A stretch of 64,000 bases of DNA from Folioceros fuciformis (taxonomy: Eukaryota): assembly GCA_049999805.1 (NCBI GenBank), contig JBNGIO010006316.1, positions 486,040 to 550,039 of the forward strand, given 5' to 3'. Each line of letters opens with the position of its first letter. The first letter of the stretch is position 1. Of the stretch, positions 55,884 to 64,000 are shown in pieces. The notes under the pieces were generated by a model. The model ran no database searches. It saw only the letters and a list, made by a program, of their open reading frames with translations, and was not told the DNA's origin. The position numbers were made by a program, and so were the translations under genes.

Positions 55884-58089
55884 ATGGCCGCGGAGACCGT
55901 CCCTCCTGCCGCGGAGCTGACCCCGGAGGCCACCAAGCCCGTTGCAGGGCAGGAGACCGCGCCGGCGCCACACCCGGAACCGACCAAGCCTGACGCCGCC
56001 GCCGCCGCCGCCGTCACCGCCGCTGACGCCCCCGGTGGTGTCGATGCCGAGCCCCCGACCGCCGTGGCTCCCGCCGGCGGGGAGGAGGTCCCCGCCGAGG
56101 CCGACAAGGAGGTGGTCGCGGTGGCCTCGCTCGACAAGGAAATTGTGCCTCCTTTCAAGCAGGAGACCTACGTCGTCTCGGAATTGAAGGACTTCGAAAA
56201 GAAGGCGCTGGAGGAGTTCAAATTGAGGATCGAGGCCGCCATCAAGGCCAACGAGTTCGTCGTCCCCCCGCCGCCTCCTCCGCCTGCTCCCAAGGAGGAG
56301 GAGATCAAGCCGGAGGAGGATAAGGAGAAAGAGGTGAAGGCAGAAGGGGAGGGTGAGGTAGAGGTTCCCGCCAAAACAGAGGAGAAGGCTGTGGAAGCAG
56401 CTCCGGCCAAGGAGGAGCCCGCCTTGGTGGAAGTTGTAAAGNNNNNNNNNNNNNNNNNNNNNNNNNNNNNNNNNNNNNNNNNNNNNNNNNNNNNNNNNNN
56501 NNNNNNNNNNNNNNNNNNNNNNNNNNNNNNNNNNNNNNNNNCCCCCGCCCCTGCCCCTGCGCCTGCGGCTGAGGAGGCCGCTGCGTCTGCTGAACCCGTC
56601 GACAAGGAAGCCCCTGTTGCGGATGACAAGGACAAGCCAGTGGAGGCCGCGCCCGTGGAGGAACCGGTGATCGTCATCGACGAGGACATCTCGCTGTGGG
56701 GCGTGCCGCTGCTGCACACCAAGGGGGACGAGCGGACCAACGTCATCCTCCTTAAATTCCTGCGCGCCAGGGACTTTAAGGTTAAGGATGCCTTCGTCAT
56801 GCTCAAAAAGACCATCATCTGGAGGAAGACGTTTAACGCGGACGGCCTGCTGGACGAGGACTTCGGCACGGAGCTCGACACTTTCGCTTTCATGTCCGGA
56901 GTAGACAAGGACCACCACCCTGTCTGTTATAATGTCCTTAACCCTTTCAAGGATAAAAAACTCCACCAGAACGCCTTCGGCAGCCCCGAGAAGATCGAGA
57001 GCTTCATCCGTTGGAGGATCCAGGTTCTTGAGAAGGGGATCAAGCACCTCAATTTCACGCCCGAGGGCCCGCACTCTATGGTTCAGATCACCGATCTCCG
57101 CAATAGCGTCCTGGAGCTCTTTCCCTTCGGTCTCCGACCTCAGGTCAAGAAGGTTCTAAATCTGCTGCAGGACAACTACCCCGAGCTCGTGGTTCGCAAG
57201 GTACGGTTCTCACTCGCTCTCCGCCTCCGGGCGCTGTATTGCACATAGGATCAATTCCAGCTCTCCCTGGCGCTTGGCCTTTGACAGCTCATGCCTGCTT
57301 GCTGCTGTAGATCTTCATCAACGTGCCCTGGTACTTCAGCGCGCCCTACACCCTCTTCATCAGCCCCTTCCTGACGCAGAGGACCAAGAGCAAGCTCGTG
57401 GTGGCCACCGCGGGAAAGGTCACCGAGACTTTGTTCAAGTATGCTTTTACCGCTCCTTTCTTCGCTTCCTATCCTATACGCAAGCGGCTAGTTCCAGTGT
57501 CTTGTTCCACTCTTCCTCTCTGGTGGCATCTTTGATGTGATCGTATCGTTGCCTCTTAACCAGATACATCTCTCCGGATCAAGTCCCTGTTCAGTACGGC
57601 GGCTTCAAGTCGGCCAGCGAAAGCCACTTCGATGGGCTGGAAGTGCCCATCACCGAGCTCACCATCAAGGCCGGAGCCGTGGAAACCATCGAGATTCCGT
57701 CTCCCCATCAGGTAAACTTTCCCGTCTCCGTCCTCCCCCTCTGTTACTCCGCAAGCTTTTCCACCATGCCCTCTGTGGTATCCTCTTCCGGCTGACAGTT
57801 GCTGTGCCTGCAGAAGGCAACCATCTACTGGGATGTGGTCGTGGTAGGCTGGGATGTGACCTATCTTGCAGAGTATACTCCGGTGGAAGGTTACACCACC
57901 ATTGTCGAGAAGTCCAAGAAAATAAGCGCCACCGAGGGGCAGGGGCCTTTGAGCCCCAGCTTTCCTGCCCACGCACCCGGCAAGGTTGTCATCACCATCG
58001 ACAACTCTGCCTCCAAGAAGAAAAAGCTGGTGGTTTACAGATACGATGTGGTGACAACGTCCTGCGAAACAACCGAACTGGCCGGTTGA
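55884..58089 (+). CDS. PATL: Patellin (acidic N-terminus, CRAL-TRIO/Sec14, GOLD)
   Basis: E/P/A/K-rich N-terminus; SLWGVPLL, DERTNVILLKFLRARDFKV, FIRWRIQVLEK, LQDNYPELV, FINVPWY, SPFLTQRTKSK, QVPVQYGG; GOLD domain WDVVVVGWDVTY...PGKVVITIDN. Confidence 0.93.
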
Positions 58090-59732
58090 GGGGAGGGCGG
58101 TGTAACAATGCATTGCATGCATGCAGGTCGCAGCAGCTCTTGTTGAGGGTCCCAGCAGCAGCTCCCGTCCTGTGTAGCTGCAGGTTGGGTGGCCATTTAT
58201 GCTGGCACCCTGGACTGGAGTACACAGGCCACTGGCACGCATGAAGTGAAGGTCCGCCGCCCTTGCTTGCTTTTCTTGGCTTCGCTTGCGAAGAAGACGC
58301 AAGAAGGGATCGATTACTGTCCCTGGGACCCAGCCAGGCTCATCAACGTCAGTGTGGTGCATGTCCATAGAGGTGTACATGAACTATTAATTGGCTACCG
58401 GCTCCCACCTCCACCACAATCAGTTTACATGTGTTCACGCAGGACTTGGACTGATTGTGTAAATACTCTAGTCATGTTTAGATTTTAAGACTTTGTTGGG
58501 TTGTAGTTTAGACCATTCTTCTGTCGTCTGCACTTTTGTGTGTTCACGACCTCACTACCCCGATTTATTCTTGTGGTGTTGGCATAAATTATTTGATGAC
58601 ACTTCTGCCTGGGAAGGACTGAATGAACTCTTATTGGGCAGCTGTCCGCGCTGTGCTTGGCAAGCGCTTGGCATGGAAAGACGAATAAGCGTTTTTTTTT
58701 GGACTTGAGTAAGTGTCACGCTGTCCCTTGTCGGAAAGTGATGGGCTGCACGAGGAGGGGGAAAAGTTTGGCTGTTTCGACTCTACTCCCCACATATCTA
58801 GGATTATGAATTGTACCCAGACCAGAACCTTCGCTGTGGCTGGCAAGTGGGTAAATAGCGTGCTTGCTCGCACGTGTAACATATTCGGTATTGTTCCGTG
58901 AGTTTGTCTCGGGGAGCTACCAAAATCAGGAGAACAAATTTCACCTAAATGACAGCAAGCAAATTCCAACCACAGGATGCTATGCTGCTGCAGCTGGAAG
59001 CTGTGTGATGCTTGCGGCTGTGGTGTTGCATCAGACCCCAGGTACCCCCAATCTCGCCGCAGCCGCGCCCTGGTCTCGGTCTCAGTCCCAGTTCTCATGT
59101 CACACATCGTGTACATGCTTTAACTTAGGATGAATGACCAGGCCGCCAGCCAAGAAAGAACAGACCCCACTGCAAAGAAAATGGAGCCGGTTTTAATGAA
59201 GTTGCGGGTAAAATGTACACATACTGACTTGCCCCGACACCGCGTATGACAAGTCACAATACTGGGAGAAACTTTACGATAAGTAAACGTAGCACTATTC
59301 CTGCTCACATTTTATAGCAATTTTTAAGCTGATTTTCTACCCATGCTTCAGGACGACACGTATTCCTTCCTATCTCCTCCAGCTGGCTGGCTAACCACAA
59401 TGCACTGGAGTGCATAAAACATTTACACCTGGGGCTTTTTCTGTGGCCGAAGGGTGAGGATAAGAAAGAAACACATCATCTTACGCACCCTTCACTCCAC
59501 AATTTAGTCACTCTCTTTCGGGTTGACAACAAGACGTCAATCACCGCACCAACAAGGATGTTATATGATACATGTCAAAAACCCTTGTCCACGACCACCA
59601 ACCTGAAAAGAAAAGTGCCAGTCCGTTCTTGTGCCACTGCTAACACTTAAGAGCGGTGCACAACAACCACAACACAGAACAGAGACAGGCCTAGGAAACC
59701 AAGGTGTTAGGATAACCTGAAGGTTGAGGAAA

Positions 59733-61432
59733 TCAGCAAAGGTTTTCCCCGTGGTTGGGAAACGAGAAAGAGTAATGTGATCCTCTCGGGTGAGAAGGGA
59801 CAGGGGTGGGGGACACCACCGGAGATGTTTGGGTGGCTGCAGGGATGGAAGACACAACAGGAGCAGGTGGACTTACTGTGGCTAACAAGGGAGTACTTTC
59901 AGACGGTGGCGGCTCAGCAATTCTAGAATGCGCATCTCGCTTACACACTGGACAAAAAGGTCGCCGGGTCATAAGCCACTGATCAACACAACCTGCATGG
60001 AACTCTGTACGAACGAGACGAGAGAAACATGTCAGTACCTTCAGCAAGACAGGACTCATCCATAACAAACCCAAGGAAGAACTTCTAGGGACAAAATACC
60101 TACCATGCCGGCAAGGCAACACCCGCAATTTCTCCCCAGCTTCATAGTCTTCTAGGCAGATAGCACAAGTCTCAGCTCCAGTGTTTGTCGTGCTGTTGAA
60201 GATGAGCGAGGGAAGTGCCTTCACCTCCCTTGAGCTCATACCCAGAGACTCTCTAGCGATTGCAGCACCGAAATTTCTCCAGCCATGGTGTCGAAGTCTA
60301 TGTCGGCGGACAAAGAAAAAAGTTGCAAGCACGGCTGATACAGCCAGGAGAGAGATGAAAGACACAGCCAACACCGACCAGGCTGTGTTCTCAAAGGCTG
60401 GTGTGATGTTGCAACTCACATCCGGGTTTCCCGCATATTCCACGAGAGCCTGTCCGGATGACTTTGAGACAAAGACAGCATGGATGTTTATACCTGCTGT
60501 ATTCCCCGACACTGCATCACCATAGGCAATCAAGTAGGCCACACATGGGGTAAGCAAGACGGTCAAGCACTTCAGAATAACCCTTCAGGAACGACACACT
60601 TTCATGAATCAAAACAACATACTGGTAAGGAGATCACGGCCGTCCACATTATTGTAGATGATGACGGCAGCAAAGCCGGCATGCTGAGCATGTCGAACCT
60701 TGGTTTCAAACGTGCAGTCTCCACGAATTATAACAACAAAAGGAAGAAGATTGTATCCTGTTTCGGAGGCATTCTGAATAACCGAGCAAGCATCAGGAGG
60801 GTCTGAGACCTGCAGCTTTCCCCAAATCCCAGAGCTCGGAATCCTTGGTGCTGAAACGCAAAAAAAAACAGTGTGTGTTAAACCTCAGACGTGTTCCATC
60901 CACGTCACNNNNNNNNNNNNNNNNNNNNNNNNNNNNNNNNNNNNNNNNNNNNNNNNNNNNNNNNNNNNNNNNNNNNNNNNNNNNNNNNNNNNNNNNNNNN
61001 NNNNNNNNGTTCCATCCACGTCACATCCATGCCCAAACGGTCGACCATCTTCCCCCACGGCGAAGATTTCCACTCCTGCCTTCACCCAAGCAAGGGGTAC
61101 TGACGGGGGCATAGCTAAGGAGGGAGTTTGAATTGATCAAAGACAACGGAAGTCCAAACTCCGAAGGCAACCTAACCACGACACACACCGTGCCGACAAC
61201 ACCAATACCAGCCAAGAACCGGATGTGACGCCTCACCGAAACTGGCCTCCATATCGGGGAAGGTCCAAGTCTCGTTCGCAGTAGAGACAAGCAAGATTGA
61301 CGCATTGGCTCTCCCCTTGAAGAGCGTGAGGATAACAAGAACAAGACCTGCCAAGGTGATCATAATTTCCCTTCGATTAAACCGGGCGCCCCGGGTGGCA
61401 GGTTCCGGAGCCTCGCCAAGTGGGGGCGGCAT
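59733..61432 (-). CDS. RMR: Receptor homology region-transmembrane-RING-H2 protein (PA-TM-RING vacuolar sorting receptor)
   Basis: Signal peptide then FPDMEASF; PA domain (RGDCTFETKVRHAQ, IHAVFVSK); TM AWSVLAVSFISLLAVSAVLATFFFVRR; RING-H2 CAICLEDY...LPCRHEFHAGCVDQWL...CPVCK. Confidence 0.92.
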
Positions 61433-62384
61433 GCTAGAACCGGGTCACGACTCAAGCCCCGAGGTGCAACAGCAGCCAGAATGCTGATCTAGCCATAAAA
61501 TTTCAGCTTCCCTGCATTGCTCCACCAGCCAAGCTGTTCACTCTGCTGCTGCATACACAAGAATTCCAATCTGGTGCAACAATTGGCCCGCCTGCCCCCT
61601 AGGGGAGGGTAAGCAGATGGCAGATCCGCGTCCGCCCCCCGTTCTGCCGCGCGGGCGAAGATGAGGTGGAAAAGGGCAACGATTCCGCCAACCCGCCGCT
61701 ATGGGCGAGGCAGGGCTTCGAGGACTGTTTATGCTCGGCCCCGAACCCGGCGGCAACCCCCACGCTCCAACCTTCCTCCTCTTCCTCCGAGCCTGTTGAA
61801 CTTTAGGCTGCTTATGTCCAACTATATCTCCGCTAACCCCTTCAACATGACACATGCATGTGCCATACCCCTGTAATTTTATGGCAGATATTGTTCAGCC
61901 GAATCCGGCAGCTGCTGGCACCAGCATGGTCCCGTCCTCCGACCAGTTGGCCTCAGCCGCGTCCACCTCACCACCTATCCCGACACAATTTCACAAAGTC
62001 TTCCTCTGGCTTTGGGTGGATGGGTTTCTCCATCTCATCTTGTACAAAAACGCTTCCTTTGCGAGACACAAGATTAAAAATATGTCAAAACATGAAATTG
62101 ATCCATCCTTGGTACCCAAAGTCCGCTACTCCGAGCTTCTCCTTCTGGCTTTCAAAGAGGCTGTCGGTGGCCCTCGTGTTATAGAATACCGCTCGTGCTT
62201 CCCCTACGTGGTCAGCACGGCCAATCTTTCATGAATGTCAAAAACAAACTAGGATGGCTTAGTAGCCAACAATATCAGACCAGAGAGCCATCCTGATGGA
62301 GAAGCATCATACTAGAGGCTAGCTTGCACTGCAATGCAAGTAAGGAGGAGAGTAGATTGAAGAGAGGATTGGGATGCAAATCAA

Positions 62385-63018
62385 GAGCAGGAGGACATTA
62401 AGGAGAGTCCAACCTAGGTGAATGACTCTACCGAGCAAGAGGACATTAAAGAGAGTCCAACCTGGGTGAATGAGGAGGACATTAAGGAGAGTCCAACTTG
62501 GGTGAATGAGGAGGACATTAAGGAGGGTCCAACCTAGGTGAATGAATCTACCGAGCAAGAGGACATTAAGGAGAGTCCAACCTAGGTGAATGGCTCTATC
62601 AAGGAGCAGAGGACATAAAGGAGAGTCATTAAGGAGAGTCCAACCTAGGTGAATGGCTCTATCAAGGAGCAGCAGGACATTAAGGAGAGTCCAACCTAGG
62701 TGAATGGCTCTATCAAGGAGCAGGAGGACATTAAGGAGAGTCCAACCTAGGTGAATGGCTCTATCAAGGAGCAGGAGGACATTAAGGAGAGTCCAACCTA
62801 GGTGAATGGCTCTATCAAGGAGCAGGAGGACATTAAGGAGAGTCCAACCTAGGTGAATGGCTCTATCAAGGANNNNNNNNNNNNNNNNNNNNNNNNNNNN
62901 NNNNNNNNNNNNNNNNNNNNNNNNNNNNNNNNNNNNNNNNNNNNNNNNNNNNNNNNNNNNNNNNNNNNNNNNGCAGGAGGACATTAAGGAGAGTCCAACC
63001 TAGATAAATGGCTCTACC
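62385..63018. repeat. Tandem array, consensus 51 bp (GGACATTAAGGAGAGTCCAACCTAGGTGAATGGCTCTATCAAGGAGCAGGA) with 36- and 48-bp variants
   Basis: About ten visible copies, continuing across the N gap at 62873-62972. Confidence 0.95.
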
Positions 63019-63566
63019 CTTCTCACAGCATCCTTCTCGCGGCAAAGGAAGAAGGCCTAATAATTTATGTCCTTCAAAGGAGGCCTGGTTTACTCATTAT
63101 CACTAGTTAGCATGAAGGTTGTTGCTAGTAGAGGAAGGAAGGAGCTCGTCAAACGTGAATAATGATGTGATTTGAGTATAAAATAATGTAAATCTAATTA
63201 GTAAATTATAATGATATAGATTCATTGATATAAAGATAATCACTATACTTATTGTATATATGCTTAGGAGAATTCGGAAACTTTATCGAACTCATAGATT
63301 TTAAAGATATTTGGTATGTTTTGAAAATATAAATTACCGAGGTAAGTGCATAGAATTAAAGCTTGATATGAGAAATTCAAGTATTTAATAGCTACGCATC
63401 TTGAGATAGGTACCTACCTACTGTCTAGATTCCAATTTCCAAATATGGTGGCGAGTGTCGGGAACAGAGGACACTACAGAACGGGGGCAAGCGAAATGTT
63501 TTGTCCCGGGGCTCCATGTTCCACAAGCTGGTCTAGCACAATTGAGACTCCAAACTAGGACACGGC

Positions 63567-64000
<434 letters not shown>

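Noticed and set aside
55442-57074. Long antisense ORFs over patellin (also over the EDR4-like, RGGA and beta-helix genes)
   Set aside because: Expected shadows of GC-rich coding sequence with no independent motifs.
61854-62234. 126-aa plus-strand ORF upstream of RMR
   Set aside because: No recognisable domain or splice support; it cannot be distinguished from a chance ORF or TE fragment.
62385-63018. Array resembling CRISPR repeats
   Set aside because: Units are contiguous with no unique spacers, the context is eukaryotic and there are no cas genes.

Overview
Eukaryotic nuclear DNA from a compact, gene-dense plant genome with mostly short GT-AG introns and several placeholder gaps of about 100 N. 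The plant-specific gene set and compactness best fit a non-seed land plant such as a hornwort, which is an inference. Recognisable genes in order: SYP2-type syntaxin (+), ECA3-type P2A Ca/Mn-ATPase (-), RGGA/Stm1-type RNA-binding protein (+), EDR4/XLG-related zinc-ribbon protein (+), an orphan low-complexity ORF (-), GFS12/WDR81-type BEACH-WD40 protein (-), RECQ4-type helicase (+), two tandem paralogues of a secreted Cys-rich right-handed beta-helix protein (-) separated by an AT-rich island with an OTU-protease-like ORF (+), a DOT1-like SAM methyltransferase (+), PSS1-type kinesin-1 (-), patellin (+), RMR PA-TM-RING receptor (-), a 51-bp tandem array, and the 3' end of a beta-tubulin (-). The most unusual part is 35.8-46.2 kb, between RECQ4 and PSS1. 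It holds the beta-helix pair with bacterial-style motifs (a possible horizontal acquisition), an OTU domain split by an in-frame insertion of about 260 aa, and a DOT1-like enzyme of a kind not expected from flowering-plant genomes. Family assignments come from motifs I recognise by eye; no database search was run.
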